Source: a virus (lineage: Duplodnaviria; Caudoviricetes). Taken from it: DNA of 47,108 nt. Shown here one piece after another: positions 26,370-37,016 of this stretch; positions within the stretch are counted from its first letter, which is position 1, and each line of letters begins with the position of its first letter. The stretch covers positions 1 through 47,108 of IMG/VR virus record IMGVR_UViG_3300010376_000053. One strand, 5' to 3'. Below the pieces are notes generated by a model, which worked only from the letters and a program-made list of their open reading frames with translations, was not told the origin of the DNA and did no database searches. Position numbers and translations under genes: made by a program.

Positions 26370-27536
26370 CTACTCCCTCCCGCTCAGTCCCACTTCTAGA
26401 AATTTTACTCGATCCGCAAGTTCCTTAATCGCGTTTATCACCGCCACGGACATAGGGTTCATATCGAAGGTGAGGTAATCTTCACCATCAATATTTGTGG
26501 ATCCGATGCATTCCGGGAGAACAGATTTCACGGCCTCCGCATCGAAACCATGACAAAGTAGACTCGGGTTCGATTTTAGACGGTATGTCTTTGGCTCGAT
26601 CCGAGCGATCTCAGCGAGGCCAGCGGTATATGGGGCAATGTCAGTCTTCAGTCGTGGGTCCGAAGGATTGACCCACGCGGTCCCACTGGCCTTCGTGGCA
26701 GTGGGGCCAGAAATCGTGAGGTTGCCGCTGAAGTCAAGGGTGCCGATCACACCAGTCCAGTTGCTAAACTGCACGACCCCACTCACGTGAGGGAAGACAA
26801 CAAATGGGGAGAACCCGGCTGGATTACTACCAGTCCACCCAAGGGGCTTGCAGCTAACACTCCAACTCGTAGCAGCCGGAGCAACGTTAAAATCGAGCGA
26901 CCAAGTAGACCTGGTAGAATCATACACTGTTGAGTATTGATTGTTCATAGTGAGCTGTGCATCTTCCCCGAAATGTATCAGTTCCATTGGAATTGACATC
27001 GAGGAGTGCCCAAGACCAAAGTGAGTGCCACCGCTCGCTTGCATTTCCAGCCAAAATGTTGATCTCCAGCTATCAGGCAACCCCGAAGCACCGGGAGGCG
27101 CATAGGAGCCATTCAGTGCCCACAGCCGATTCGGGTTTTTGGCACTGGCAGCACGCCTATTCCCTGTGTTCAAATCCAGTGTGAGACACGGTTCTGACGG
27201 ATCATCGTAGATAACATAAGTCGCCGCGGCACCCCAGTGCATATTATAGGTGAGTTCGGCGCCCCCATCATAATTGTAAAGGCGAGTTTTACCCAGATAG
27301 CCCGCATCAGGATTACCGATCTCAATCCCATAAAGCGCGGGATTCGTGGGACCAGGCACCGATGGAGGACTCACCAAGGAGGCCGTTTCACTCGTAAGGT
27401 TAACGGTCCACAATCGCTCAGCAGCCCAAAGAGGATCAAGGTCGGCGTCCATCTCAGTCCTAAGGATCGGAACATTGCTCGGACTTAGATCCGAGTAGCG
27501 AGTGACACCACCACGCTTGGCAGGACGCGTCGCCAT
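26370..27536 (-). CDS. tail fibre/spike with C-terminal peptidase S74 chaperone (paralog)
   Basis: WVNPSDPRLKTDI...GFDAE.V..VLPE...INAIKEL. Confidence 0.85.
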   Translation of the reverse strand: MATRPAKRGGVTRYSDLSPSNVPILRTEMDADLDPLWAAERLWTVNLTSETASLVSPPSVPGPTNPALYGIEIGNPDAGYLGKTRLYNYDGGAELTYNMHWGAAATYVIYDDPSEPCLTLDLNTGNRRAASAKNPNRLWALNGSYAPPGASGLPDSWRSTFWLEMQASGGTHFGLGHSSMSIPMELIHFGEDAQLTMNNQYSTVYDSTRSTWSLDFNVAPAATSWSVSCKPLGWTGSNPAGFSPFVVFPHVSGVVQFSNWTGVIGTLDFSGNLTISGPTATKASGTAWVNPSDPRLKTDIAPYTAGLAEIARIEPKTYRLKSNPSLLCHGFDAEAVKSVLPECIGSTNIDGEDYLTFDMNPMSVAVINAIKELADRVKFLEVGLSGRE

Positions 27537-27538
27537 AA

Positions 27539-27877
27539 TTACCTCCTACGCTCACTCATAGCTTGGCCTGAGCAATTCTCGTCGCCAGGATCGTACCATT
27601 TGCCTTCATAGAAGCGGCCCTCATACCAACGCGTCCCAACGACCTCGCCCTGACACGTGACAGGCTGCTCCGACACGATTCGGCGATTAGCTTCCGCTTC
27701 AGTTGGTATCGTCGTCTCGGCCATGATCTCGAAGTGGGCCTTCTGGTCGTCACAATTCTTATCAACCAACCGCTGGCTCCGATAGTGTCTTATGCCCTCA
27801 CTAAGTGGGAAATAGAACCCACAAATCCAACACTCGAACCACCGATCGCCTACACTAGGATGAGTTGGGACTCCCAT
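27539..27877 (-). CDS. hypothetical protein (CxxC)
   Basis: ECWICGF...VDKNCDD; C-terminal aromatic W/F-YEG repeats. Confidence 0.65.
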   Translation of the reverse strand: MGVPTHPSVGDRWFECWICGFYFPLSEGIRHYRSQRLVDKNCDDQKAHFEIMAETTIPTEAEANRRIVSEQPVTCQGEVVGTRWYEGRFYEGKWYDPGDENCSGQAMSERRR

Positions 27878-27878
27878 A

Positions 27879-28073
27879 TCAGATCCTTGGTGGGGGCATC
27901 GGAACCTGCATCGGGAAGTTCACGGCAGTCAGCAGCACGTTCGTGATGATTCGTACCTTACGGATCGCGGCATCTGTCTCCGCGTCATATTCGCCTTTGC
28001 CGGCGTACGTCACGGCCTCGTGAATTAGATTCATCGCCATTGTCTCAAATTGGGCCACCGGATCATCTGCCAT
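27879..28073 (-). CDS. hypothetical protein
   Basis: GAGGTG SD; tight packing. Confidence 0.6.
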   Translation of the reverse strand: MADDPVAQFETMAMNLIHEAVTYAGKGEYDAETDAAIRKVRIITNVLLTAVNFPMQVPMPPPRI

Positions 28074-28084
28074 TGCTCACCTCG

Positions 28085-30751
28085 CTAGTCTAGATTGACC
28101 CACGCGCTGCCGTTGAATCCCTGGAACCGGCCATTGGCAAATTGAATCGTTCCCGCTCGTGCTGGACTATCGATGAGCGGACCAATTGCCACAGCGTGTG
28201 AAAAGACTGCCTGGCCGTGCCAGATCTCTAGTCCATCGAGTCCCCAGGCACCAGCCCAGCCGGTGTTGAAGCGCATCCAGATCCTGCAGGTTGTTGCGCT
28301 GTCCCATAATCCATCGCTAAAGAACTGGATGCCGGGCTCGTTGTACGTCGTGCTGCCCGTCCATCCCCCAGACGCGGAAATGCGGATCGCACCGAGCTGT
28401 TTCCCCGCGGCCAGTGCGCCGGGCTGTCCGAGCCAGAGGATGGCAGCGTCCCAGTAATTGCCGCCTCCGTTCCAGATTGCTACGTTCCGGGTAGGATTCG
28501 GTATGAGTGGGTATATCGGATATCCACCAATCTCCCACCCGCTCACTGCGGGAGTCTGCCATGCGATATCTTGATCCCAGGTCGACCGCTTCGTGAGCAC
28601 CTGACCCGTTGTCCCACCATTTGGCACAATCGAGTACCACGTGACGTCTCGATCAGTGCTCGATGACTTGGTGAGCACCTGAAATTGTGTGCCACCAGTT
28701 GGTACCAGGCCAGCGGCCGGTGCACCACCACCAGCAAAGTCTACCCACTTCGCGCCATCATACCCTTGAAACGCGCTCCCGGTGAATTGCACTGTGCCTG
28801 AAAGCGCACTGGTCGCCGCGCCAATGCGGACGCTTCCACCGACCTCGAGGGGCATCGAGAAGATCGAACGCGCGTGGTTGACCTCCAGACCATCCAGTGC
28901 CCACGGACCCGCATAGCCAGTATTCAGCCGAATGTAGACAGTATTGTTGGTATTGCCTGCCCACGCCTGGTCCGTCACGAAGGCGATACCGGCAGCATTA
29001 TTCTGGACGGCCCCATACGACCCAGCCCCACCGAGCAGGATCCGTCCCAACGTGACGCCATTCGAAACAGCCGTAGTTTTCCCGAGCGTGAGCGTGGCCG
29101 GATCGTAAAATGTCTGGCCGTCGTTTATCACCCACGCCGGTCGGTTCCCGGTCGAATAGATCCCGTAGGCGTTGGAGGTCCATTCGCCCGCGCCGGCTGG
29201 CGCTGCCCACGTCGTGGCAAAATCCGCCGCGCTGCTCTTCGTCAACACCTGCCCGGTGGTTCCACCTGCCGCCACGCCCGGACCCGCTGGTCCCGTTGCG
29301 CCAGCCGCGCCGGTCGCGCCGGGGGTCCCGGCAGCACCAGTATCGCCCTTCGCACCTTGCGCCCCTGGTGTCCCGGGATCACCTTTCGGGCCGGGGACTG
29401 TCGACGCGGGGCCGGCTGGTCCCGGGTCGCCTTGGGGCCCCAGGGGGCCGCGCATGTTGGTGCGCAGCGTCCACGCGTTGCCAGACGTCTTCTCGTACAC
29501 ATCGCCGTTCGTGGTGTTGAGGTACCAGTTGCCCTGCGACCCGAGGTTGCCCGCAGGCACCGTCGCGCCACTCATCATCGCCCCGGAGGCCGTGCCGGCT
29601 GGCCCTGTCGCGCCAGTCGCCCCGGTTGCTCCGGCGGCACCTGTGAGTCCACGAATATTCGTTCGCAGCGTCCAGGCGTTCGCGCCGGTCTTCTCGTGGA
29701 CGTCGCTGGTATCGGTGCGGAGGTACCAGTTGCCAACAATACCAAGCGCGTTTGCCGGCACACCCGTACCGGAGAGCCAGCCGGGTCCTTGCGGACCCGT
29801 GGGACCAGGCACGGTGGAATCTGCTCCGGTTGGCCCAGGTGGACCAGTGTTACCCTGCGGACCAGGTGGCCCCGGAACGGTTGAGGCAGCTCCAGTCGGA
29901 CCGGGTGGCCCAGTGAGACCAATATCGCCCTTCGCTCCCGGTGGACCTGGAACAGTCGAGTCAGCGCCTGGAGGCCCGGGATTACCCTGCGGACCAGGAT
30001 CTCCTTTTGCTCCTGGGGGACCTGGAACCGTTGAGTCGGATCCCGGAGGTCCAGGCAGACCCATCAGTCCTGGGTCGCCTTGCGGTCCTTGCTGTCCTGT
30101 CGCGCCTGTCTGACCAGTTGGACCAGGTGGGCCCGTTGGGCCAGCAGCTCCGGTATCGCCTTTCGCTCCAGCGGGGCCAGGTACAGTGGAATCTGCACCG
30201 GGCGGACCCTGTGGTCCTGTCGAGCCAGGAGGTCCAGGAACGGTTGAATCTGCACCAGGCGAGCCTGGAGGTCCAGCGGAGCCTGTCTGTCCCGGAGGTC
30301 CCGTTGGTCCCACATTTCCCGTGTCTCCCTTGAGTCCTGTAGGACCCGCCGGCCCTGTGCTTCCCTGTGGACCAGGCACAGTCGAGGCGGGGCCCATCGG
30401 TCCGATAGGACCCTGCGGACCCATGGGGCCTTGGAACGGCCCCACATCGGTCCACGCAGTGCCACTCCACACATTTAGGTGGCCGTTGTCCTGCGTGATC
30501 CAGGCATCGCCGATTGTTGCACCCAAAGGGAGGGCCGCAGCATTTGCGACGGTACCCTTGATTGCGGCCCCAGCACCACCCACGCCACCAATAATCGCGC
30601 CCTGAGCGATCTGGGGCTTCGCTCCCATGAAGATGTCTTGCAGTGAATCGACCAGCTGGCGCGCCCACCGCAGCAGGTCGGCATCGCCAATCAAGCGAGG
30701 GAGCGATGGCCTCACAACGTTAGCCACAACGCTCGCCCCACCGCTGAGCAT
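28085..30751 (-). CDS. collagen-like fibre protein with duplicated C-terminal domain
   Basis: Long Gly-X-Y (GPP/GPQ/GPT) tracts, [10 protein letters not shown] motifs; start may be 30751 or GTG 30727. Confidence 0.85.
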   Translation of the reverse strand: MLSGGASVVANVVRPSLPRLIGDADLLRWARQLVDSLQDIFMGAKPQIAQGAIIGGVGGAGAAIKGTVANAAALPLGATIGDAWITQDNGHLNVWSGTAWTDVGPFQGPMGPQGPIGPMGPASTVPGPQGSTGPAGPTGLKGDTGNVGPTGPPGQTGSAGPPGSPGADSTVPGPPGSTGPQGPPGADSTVPGPAGAKGDTGAAGPTGPPGPTGQTGATGQQGPQGDPGLMGLPGPPGSDSTVPGPPGAKGDPGPQGNPGPPGADSTVPGPPGAKGDIGLTGPPGPTGAASTVPGPPGPQGNTGPPGPTGADSTVPGPTGPQGPGWLSGTGVPANALGIVGNWYLRTDTSDVHEKTGANAWTLRTNIRGLTGAAGATGATGATGPAGTASGAMMSGATVPAGNLGSQGNWYLNTTNGDVYEKTSGNAWTLRTNMRGPLGPQGDPGPAGPASTVPGPKGDPGTPGAQGAKGDTGAAGTPGATGAAGATGPAGPGVAAGGTTGQVLTKSSAADFATTWAAPAGAGEWTSNAYGIYSTGNRPAWVINDGQTFYDPATLTLGKTTAVSNGVTLGRILLGGAGSYGAVQNNAAGIAFVTDQAWAGNTNNTVYIRLNTGYAGPWALDGLEVNHARSIFSMPLEVGGSVRIGAATSALSGTVQFTGSAFQGYDGAKWVDFAGGGAPAAGLVPTGGTQFQVLTKSSSTDRDVTWYSIVPNGGTTGQVLTKRSTWDQDIAWQTPAVSGWEIGGYPIYPLIPNPTRNVAIWNGGGNYWDAAILWLGQPGALAAGKQLGAIRISASGGWTGSTTYNEPGIQFFSDGLWDSATTCRIWMRFNTGWAGAWGLDGLEIWHGQAVFSHAVAIGPLIDSPARAGTIQFANGRFQGFNGSAWVNLD
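29270..30440 (-). repeat. collagen Gly-X-Y repeats with recurring (AD/A)STVPG interruptions
   Basis: Read directly from the translation. Confidence 0.9.
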
Positions 30752-30908
30752 CGCAGAATCGGCCCAGGTAATCGTCCTGCGCGAACTCAGCTGCGCTAAC
30801 TGCTTCAATTAGATTTTCGTCTCGCACGATCAATCCAGGTAGCTTGGGGAAGCTGACGACCCAGACTTCCCCATCATGTTCAATTTCAATTCGGTATCGC
30901 GGATCCAT
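30720..30908 (-). CDS. HicB-like antitoxin domain protein
   Basis: [22 protein letters not shown]......IEAV..AEFA...YL; TGATG coupling to the upstream gene. Confidence 0.7.
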   Translation of the reverse strand: MDPRYRIEIEHDGEVWVVSFPKLPGLIVRDENLIEAVSAAEFAQDDYLGRFCDAQRWGERCG

Positions 30909-32425
30909 CAGAAATTCATTGTAAACGGGATCGCATTTGACACGATCACATAGTCCGACCAGTCCATGCGCCACAAACCCACGCTGAGCATGACGGTATG
31001 GGTTGACCCTGGCTCGGGATAAACGGTAATGTTTCCTCGAGTCGGAATTCCGAAGCCACGGGGATCCAGGCGCATAGTAGTTTGGGTCGCCTCCCAGACA
31101 GAATCAAACCATCCGTTCCAGGCAATCCCATTGATGAGGACTTGCTGAGAGTTCGTTCCCCAGTCGTTGGGCGGAGGCGGGGACACCGGAAATGTCCCAG
31201 TAAGTGTCAAGGCGGTACTGAGGCCACTGTCTCCTACCGCCCATGGATTGGGGCTAATACTGGTGAGCATCAGTTTATTTGGATTTGTAACCGCGACGAG
31301 AGACACTTGCACGTTCTCGCCATTGATCCACGGAGGCTGCGGAGGACCCATGACCGTCCCAATGTGCGGCCCGGTCCATGTGCCACCATTAGCCCACATG
31401 AGGGGAACGGGCGCATTTATGAGATAGTCAAAGGTGAACGGTCCCGTGAGTGTATATGTTGATACAGCGCCACTGGTTTGTCCGGTGAGAGTTATCTTGG
31501 TGCCAGCATCCAAGGTTAGAAACTCGGCGGTGTGATCCTTTCCAGCGTTATCAACGACGGAGATGGCCCAGCGATCTACGGTCCCCATATTCCTCAACTC
31601 GCCAGGTGCCATGTCGCTCAGAGATCCGTTGGCGGCCATAAGGGTATAGTGGGCCGACTCCAGGCCACCATTGGGGCCGGCCCCACCACCGCTACTAATC
31701 GAGCACCAGCCAGGGATTGTATCAGCCTTCAGGGAGCCCCCAGAATAGTACCACGCCATACCATTCCAGTTTGCATCCACAAACCCGATAGCTGCCGTTG
31801 GGCCCGAAGAATTGATCACAACACAGTTAGGGGGCTTCAGGCTAGCAGCTCGCTGCAACGGCGTGTCAACTAGAATCGTGCGGCCCTTTAGATAACGGCC
31901 CTGAGCACCACTCGGCGCGAAGTTAGCCTGCGCGTTGCCTGCATCCTGCGCGAGCCACTGGGACTCGCCCCCGAAACCCAAAGTCATCATGGTCCCATTG
32001 TCGAGCACATACAGATATAATATACTGCTATAACCGGACTCAGTAATCATGAGACCCAGGGCGGGCGCATAACCTGGCGTAGGGGTAATCATCACATCGC
32101 TGACCACGCGCGGGGTTCCATACACAAGAAAGCCATCAGGAGGCACACGCGGTGGATTAAAAGGCACAGGAGTTGCCGTAGCTTGAAAGATGGCAGCACC
32201 ACCCGTTGGATTTGTGGTCACCTCCTTCACGCCGCCAAACCGCAGCTGCATCGGTGAGGTGCCAGTGACGTACAGGTATGCCTCATTACCCCGCGAGGTC
32301 TCGAAGACCAGTGATCCCTTTGTCCCAAGCTTAGACAAAATGGTCAGAATGCTAGGAAATTTGTCCGATCCCAGAACAGAGCAACATCTGGGATAGACGT
32401 CTGTAGTTGGAGCTGGAACTGGCAT
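30908..32425 (-). CDS. virion structural protein (head fibre/decoration, C-terminal IPT/Ig-like domain)
   Basis: Directly after MCP; repeated YLYV....M.L.FGG motif; LTSISPN...LTLTGT. Confidence 0.55.
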   Translation of the reverse strand: MPVPAPTTDVYPRCCSVLGSDKFPSILTILSKLGTKGSLVFETSRGNEAYLYVTGTSPMQLRFGGVKEVTTNPTGGAAIFQATATPVPFNPPRVPPDGFLVYGTPRVVSDVMITPTPGYAPALGLMITESGYSSILYLYVLDNGTMMTLGFGGESQWLAQDAGNAQANFAPSGAQGRYLKGRTILVDTPLQRAASLKPPNCVVINSSGPTAAIGFVDANWNGMAWYYSGGSLKADTIPGWCSISSGGGAGPNGGLESAHYTLMAANGSLSDMAPGELRNMGTVDRWAISVVDNAGKDHTAEFLTLDAGTKITLTGQTSGAVSTYTLTGPFTFDYLINAPVPLMWANGGTWTGPHIGTVMGPPQPPWINGENVQVSLVAVTNPNKLMLTSISPNPWAVGDSGLSTALTLTGTFPVSPPPPNDWGTNSQQVLINGIAWNGWFDSVWEATQTTMRLDPRGFGIPTRGNITVYPEPGSTHTVMLSVGLWRMDWSDYVIVSNAIPFTMNF

Positions 32426-32473
32426 AAAGTTGGCCCTCCTCTGTGCGCTTCAAATCATTGAAGCGTCACGCGA

Positions 32474-33382
32474 TTAGGCCCCCTGTGAGCCGTAGACGCC
32501 GCGCCACTCGCCAGCACCCACACTGAAACGCTGGAAGCTCTTGAACTTCGCGTCGCCGGTATCGAAGTCATCTCCGTTCTGGAAGCGCTCCGGCTGCCTC
32601 TCGAAGAAGTTCAAGTCGTGATCGCCCTTCCCAGCGAGCAGGAACCACGAGTCTGGATCCACGATGTAGTGGCCCACCATATAATCGAGGCCCTCTTCGC
32701 GAATCGCGTTGATCTCGTTGTTGCTGGTGTACGGCCGGAACTCCGACCCCAGGATCTCTCGAGCAGTCATCTTGAGCTGAGGCCCAACTAGCAAGAGCTT
32801 GGGCTTGATGACCACCGGGATATCCATCTCGTCCGAGAGCACCTCGAAGCTGATAATCGCGGCCTCGAGACTGGTTGGGCTAAGATCCGCGTCGGTGGTA
32901 GCCCGGTTGCTTCCAGTCCCGCCACCTAGCTTCGTGTGGGTTGACGCAATGATTGGCTCATTGTTCCCGAACTTTGGGAAGCCATACTCAATCGTGAACC
33001 CATTGTTCAGCATGTTGAAGAACGCGACCTCCCTGGCGTTGCGGGCTGCCTTGGCAAGCTCGCGCGTGTTCTTCTTCATGACGTTGTATAGGTCGTCTTC
33101 CATCATCTCCAGCGTGACCCGGAAGCCGAGCCCATACGTCAAGTGCGTGTAGCGCTTCTTGCCGCCTTGCCGGAAGTCCTGGTACTGAATCCCACGACCC
33201 TCGGGCTTGACGGGCATGGATCCGAGTCCACCCACCTCGAGGTCTTCCTCGTAGGCGCGCTCGCTCGTCTCTTCGTTGGCGATTCTGCTATACTCGGGTG
33301 GCCGCTCGTCCAATAGCTGGAAGAAGACTTTGCGGAGTCCCGGCGCAAGCAGGAATGAAAATGCACCAGTTACGTTTACCAT
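32474..33382 (-). CDS. major capsid protein
   Basis: LAPGL, S.RAYEE, K.EG, YTH.TY.LGF.VT.E..EDDLY, SNNEIN: Mu gpT-like HK97-fold capsid pattern. Confidence 0.9.
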   Translation of the reverse strand: MVNVTGAFSFLLAPGLRKVFFQLLDERPPEYSRIANEETSERAYEEDLEVGGLGSMPVKPEGRGIQYQDFRQGGKKRYTHLTYGLGFRVTLEMMEDDLYNVMKKNTRELAKAARNAREVAFFNMLNNGFTIEYGFPKFGNNEPIIASTHTKLGGGTGSNRATTDADLSPTSLEAAIISFEVLSDEMDIPVVIKPKLLLVGPQLKMTAREILGSEFRPYTSNNEINAIREEGLDYMVGHYIVDPDSWFLLAGKGDHDLNFFERQPERFQNGDDFDTGDAKFKSFQRFSVGAGEWRGVYGSQGA

Positions 33383-33383
33383 C

Positions 33384-33848
33384 TCATGCCGCCTTCGCTA
33401 GCTGGCAAGCCGACTCGAGGAACTTGCCGACGGCACATATCACCCCGCTAGGCCGCTCGGTGTAGATATAGTACACCAAGAAGGTGCCCGCGGTGGCCCG
33501 GTCAGCTGCCCACAACGCACCAGTCTTAACGATTGACACGAGCTTTCCCACGTCGGCCTGAACGCCACCGTTCATCTGCACGCCAAATAACGTATCGTCA
33601 TTGGCCACCCACACCGTTACCGGCTGACCCGCCGGGGGCGGAAGGTAGCGGGACATGCCAGCTCCGTTGGCAGGCATGGCCGCTATCCCTATGAGAGACG
33701 CCGCGGGCGAAGCCGCCTCCTGAACCGTTCCCGTCGCGCTGAGTACCACTGGGGCGCCCACCTCGAAGGTCTGCGCCGCCGCCTCAGGAAAAGTCAACGT
33801 GAGCGGACTGTTGCCCGACACGGTCTGCTGTTGCGTTAGTTGTCTCAT
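33384..33848 (-). CDS. capsid cement/decoration protein
   Basis: EAAAQTF.VG.PV; immediately upstream of MCP. Confidence 0.6.
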   Translation of the reverse strand: MRQLTQQQTVSGNSPLTLTFPEAAAQTFEVGAPVVLSATGTVQEAASPAASLIGIAAMPANGAGMSRYLPPPAGQPVTVWVANDDTLFGVQMNGGVQADVGKLVSIVKTGALWAADRATAGTFLVYYIYTERPSGVICAVGKFLESACQLAKAA

Positions 33849-34297
33849 TTCTCATCCTCCAGTTCCACGTCATCCCTAGACACGGATCCCGGATAAGCCC
33901 CAGTGTCGCGGTGCTCCTCATATCCGCGGTCGCCCACCTGCGCCTTGAAGCTAGCTGAGACGCCCGTCGCAAGGGCCCGGATCTTCGCTGCGTTGCGGCG
34001 CCGGTACTCCTCGTGCAGTTCCTTAGGAATGCGGGCCAGAACAAGGTCACCCACCTCGACTGCGCCGGTTGTCAGCTCGCCCGCCTTCATTGGTGTGTTA
34101 TCCGTGCAGACTCCCTGCTCTGGCCCGCCCTGCACGATCTCGTACTTGAGGAAATCCCGCTTACGAGTCAAATTCAGCCGCTCCTTGCGGAGCCACCGAT
34201 AGTGAAAGTTTGGATCCTTGTTCTTGACATGCAGCGGATCGTAAACGCCCGCTGCGATTTGCTTGTCCTTCTCATCCTTGACGAATTCTACGCTCAT
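33845..34297 (-). CDS. head-module hypothetical protein
   Basis: DPNFHYRW...VGDLVLARIP; between scaffold and cement genes. Confidence 0.7.
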   Translation of the reverse strand: MSVEFVKDEKDKQIAAGVYDPLHVKNKDPNFHYRWLRKERLNLTRKRDFLKYEIVQGGPEQGVCTDNTPMKAGELTTGAVEVGDLVLARIPKELHEEYRRRNAAKIRALATGVSASFKAQVGDRGYEEHRDTGAYPGSVSRDDVELEDEK

Positions 34298-35004
34298 GCG
34301 GCCTTACCTCGCTTTGGTGGCTTTGGCGGTCTCTCACCCGCCTTTGTTCCCCACTTGTGCCAATCGTCTTCGTCCATGTCTTTGAAGCCAAGCTTCATGA
34401 CTTCCTTCTCCTCCCTCGATAGAACCTGTTTTCGGTCCCTATCGGGCTCGGCGCGACTGGCACCCTCGGGCTGGGAAATCCGTTCCCGTTCGGCCTTACG
34501 TGCATCTTCCATCTCATCATCGAAGTGCTGGGATCGCACGTACTTGAGCGCCGCCAAATACGATCCGGGTTTTGCCTTCACGTCGAGCGGCATGTCCTTC
34601 ATGAACTCGTCCACTTCTGGTCCGTACTTCTTGAACAGCTCGGGTTCCACCTGATACGCGCTGGCGCGCTCGGTGTCCGCCGTGCGCCCGAAGTACTCCT
34701 GCACGATTGGCCCGACCCGCATGGTGACCAAGTCGTTCATAGCCTTCACCGGATCTTCATCGAAGGACTGGCGAAGGCTCTTGACGGCGTTCTCGGCCTC
34801 CTTCTGCGGGATCTCGCCCTGTGCAGCGGCGCGCTGGATCTGATCAAGGATAACCTGGACCTGAGCCCTCGCCCCGGAAGCCTCTTCGAGGCTACGCTGG
34901 GCAACAGCCTTGAACTCCTGGTTCTCCTTATTGAGGCGCTCTATCTCAGCCTGGAGGTCTTTTTCCTCAGCCTGTGTAGCCGCCTTGTCTTCCGTATCCG
35001 GCAT
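34294..35004 (-). CDS. capsid scaffolding protein
   Basis: Acidic coiled coil, C-terminal LS.EEK motif, between portal and MCP. Confidence 0.7.
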   Translation of the reverse strand: MPDTEDKAATQAEEKDLQAEIERLNKENQEFKAVAQRSLEEASGARAQVQVILDQIQRAAAQGEIPQKEAENAVKSLRQSFDEDPVKAMNDLVTMRVGPIVQEYFGRTADTERASAYQVEPELFKKYGPEVDEFMKDMPLDVKAKPGSYLAALKYVRSQHFDDEMEDARKAERERISQPEGASRAEPDRDRKQVLSREEKEVMKLGFKDMDEDDWHKWGTKAGERPPKPPKRGKAA

Positions 35005-35251
35005 CGTCTTCCCCTTGTCTCTGCTTAGCTTCCTCTAGTCGATCCAGTAAGTGGTCTCCGAACTGGATGAACACATTGATTCCGTTAAGTTCCCCACGGA
35101 TCTCGAGAAACTGCTCCCAGCTACTGACCGCCGACAGGCGCAAAAGGCAGTCCTGGCGTGCTAGCAGCAGGTGGTCCCACAGAAGTTGCCACTCCGGGCT
35201 GTGCTGCACCCGGTGGAGCGCCTCCTGAAGTACCTGGCGGTCCTGGTCCAT
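34967..35251 (-). CDS. small helical protein downstream of portal
   Basis: SPEWQLL...IRGELNGI; GGAG SD. Confidence 0.65.
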   Translation of the reverse strand: MDQDRQVLQEALHRVQHSPEWQLLWDHLLLARQDCLLRLSAVSSWEQFLEIRGELNGINVFIQFGDHLLDRLEEAKQRQGEDDAGYGRQGGYTG

Positions 35252-37016
35252 TTTGCATGTTCTCCACGATGCTTGGCGGCAAAATCGTATCGACGGCCCG
35301 GATCTCGTATGTCTGGACGATCATCTTCATCAGATACCGAGCGCCATCGGCCATCTGAAGCGCAAGTTGTTGGATCGGCGGTGGCGTTGCCGGATTCATC
35401 GCGACACCACTGATCTGCAAGAGCTGTTGGTAATATTGGGTCAGTTGACCCATCATTGCCATCAGGCCCTGTTTCTCTATCTCTCGGTTAATCGTTGCGG
35501 TGGACGCAGTAAGCTCAATCCCGATGCCATCCGCGATAAACTCATCAGGCAGGCTGAGAGCCTGCTCGATAAGTTGACCGTCGCTTCCCTTAACGAAGTA
35601 CGCCATCCCTGCAGGCCGAAACTGTGCATTAAGCAAGAGCAGTTTTTTACCCACACCTCCGAGGCACTCCCGAATATCGCGAACATTAAGATCGAAACGA
35701 CGATTACCCTCCTGGATGAGGGCCAGTGTGCCGGTCGCCGTCGCGCGATTTCCGATAACTGAGCTCTCGCGGCCCAGCTGATAATCTGCAATACCGCTCC
35801 GACGCTCAGAGTACGCGAGGCACGATTGCTCGAGTTGCTGCATGCTGGGATATATGTCTGCCATCGGCAATGTGATGACATCTTTCCCGGGCTCAGGTAC
35901 CGTCAGGAATCGACCAGGCCAGATACGAGTACCATTACGAACAACGCCGCGACGGCCAACAAAAAAACGAGTATTGGCCAGTGTGGCATTATCCACTTGT
36001 TGGTTATGTATCGTGCTGATTTCCTCTTGAATGAGCTGAAGCTGTCTCGAGATCCCAATGCCCTCACGCTTTCCTTCACGATCTATAAACTTGGCCTTGA
36101 AGAAAGGACGCTGGCCCGTTATGTCAGGATTATAGACGCACCTGGCAACGGTCCTTGTCTCCTTATGGAAGGTGATCATTACAGGCACAGGCAACTTCGA
36201 GCCAGCCAAGGGTAAATCCGCGTAGACTTCATACAGCGTATTCAGCTTCTCACGGGGGCGTCGAACTTCGCGCTCAAACTGGTTCTCCTCTAACTTCTCC
36301 TGCTCAGGCGTGGGATGTTCTTTTGAGCGAATAATCGCGTCTACGCCGTCGTACACCCGATCGTGCTTGCGCCAGGCTAACTCTCCATCGCTCAGCCGGA
36401 TGCGTTGGGCGATCCACTCGCTCTGCATTAGCTCATCTTCGATGCCAGACTGGCATATGATATCCTGCAGTAGGATATGCTCGACTGCGGGCTTACGAAC
36501 AATTGTATCAACCGGGCGGGCTGCGCCGCTCTGGATCCGAAAGGTCCTCTGGGTGAACGATGTCCAATAAACCTTCATGTACGCCCACCCATGCTTCACG
36601 ACCTCCATGATCCACGAACGGGTCTGCATGTACATGTCCAGTTCGTTCACACGGGACCACTCCATGAAGTCCTGCAATGGATGCACGACGGGCTCGAGGT
36701 CCTTGATTAGCGCCTCACTTGACCAGAATGGCTGGACGGCAAAGATCGTGTTCATTATCCGGGCCACGATCGAATCGACCGTGATGCCCACCAGCGGCAC
36801 AACTAGATTTGCTGCGCCGTCCCATGGGAACGACTTGCGTTTGCTGAGCGGATCGCCAAGATACAGTCGGTTAGATTCGTCGATCCACTCTAGTTTGCGC
36901 TCATGAGCCCGCAGCGCCTCCTCAAACTCGCTATCGAGATAAGCTGGAAGCCACTTCCTATCTTGCTCCGTGAGGGCTACTGGAGCGCCCGGAATGACAC
37001 CCGAAACGACCGGCAT
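35121..37016 (-). CDS. portal protein (P22-like)
   Basis: KSFPWDGAAN, EG.GI...L..IQ....HNQ.VDN, RSGI, TATG; Pro/Gly-rich tail. Confidence 0.88.
   Translation of the reverse strand: MPVVSGVIPGAPVALTEQDRKWLPAYLDSEFEEALRAHERKLEWIDESNRLYLGDPLSKRKSFPWDGAANLVVPLVGITVDSIVARIMNTIFAVQPFWSSEALIKDLEPVVHPLQDFMEWSRVNELDMYMQTRSWIMEVVKHGWAYMKVYWTSFTQRTFRIQSGAARPVDTIVRKPAVEHILLQDIICQSGIEDELMQSEWIAQRIRLSDGELAWRKHDRVYDGVDAIIRSKEHPTPEQEKLEENQFEREVRRPREKLNTLYEVYADLPLAGSKLPVPVMITFHKETRTVARCVYNPDITGQRPFFKAKFIDREGKREGIGISRQLQLIQEEISTIHNQQVDNATLANTRFFVGRRGVVRNGTRIWPGRFLTVPEPGKDVITLPMADIYPSMQQLEQSCLAYSERRSGIADYQLGRESSVIGNRATATGTLALIQEGNRRFDLNVRDIRECLGGVGKKLLLLNAQFRPAGMAYFVKGSDGQLIEQALSLPDEFIADGIGIELTASTATINREIEKQGLMAMMGQLTQYYQQLLQISGVAMNPATPPPIQQLALQMADGARYLMKMIVQTYEIRAVDTILPPSIVENMQNGPGPPGTSGGAPPGAAQPGVATSVGPPAASTPGLPFAPVGGQ

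Noticed and set aside
24123-29300. Diversity-generating retroelement or invertase shufflon acting on the fibres
   Set aside because: No reverse transcriptase, recombinase, or near-identical TR/VR pair seen
28874-30668. Long + strand and alternate-frame ORFs over the collagen gene
   Set aside because: Shadow frames of GC-rich Gly-Pro repeats; no SD or domain signal
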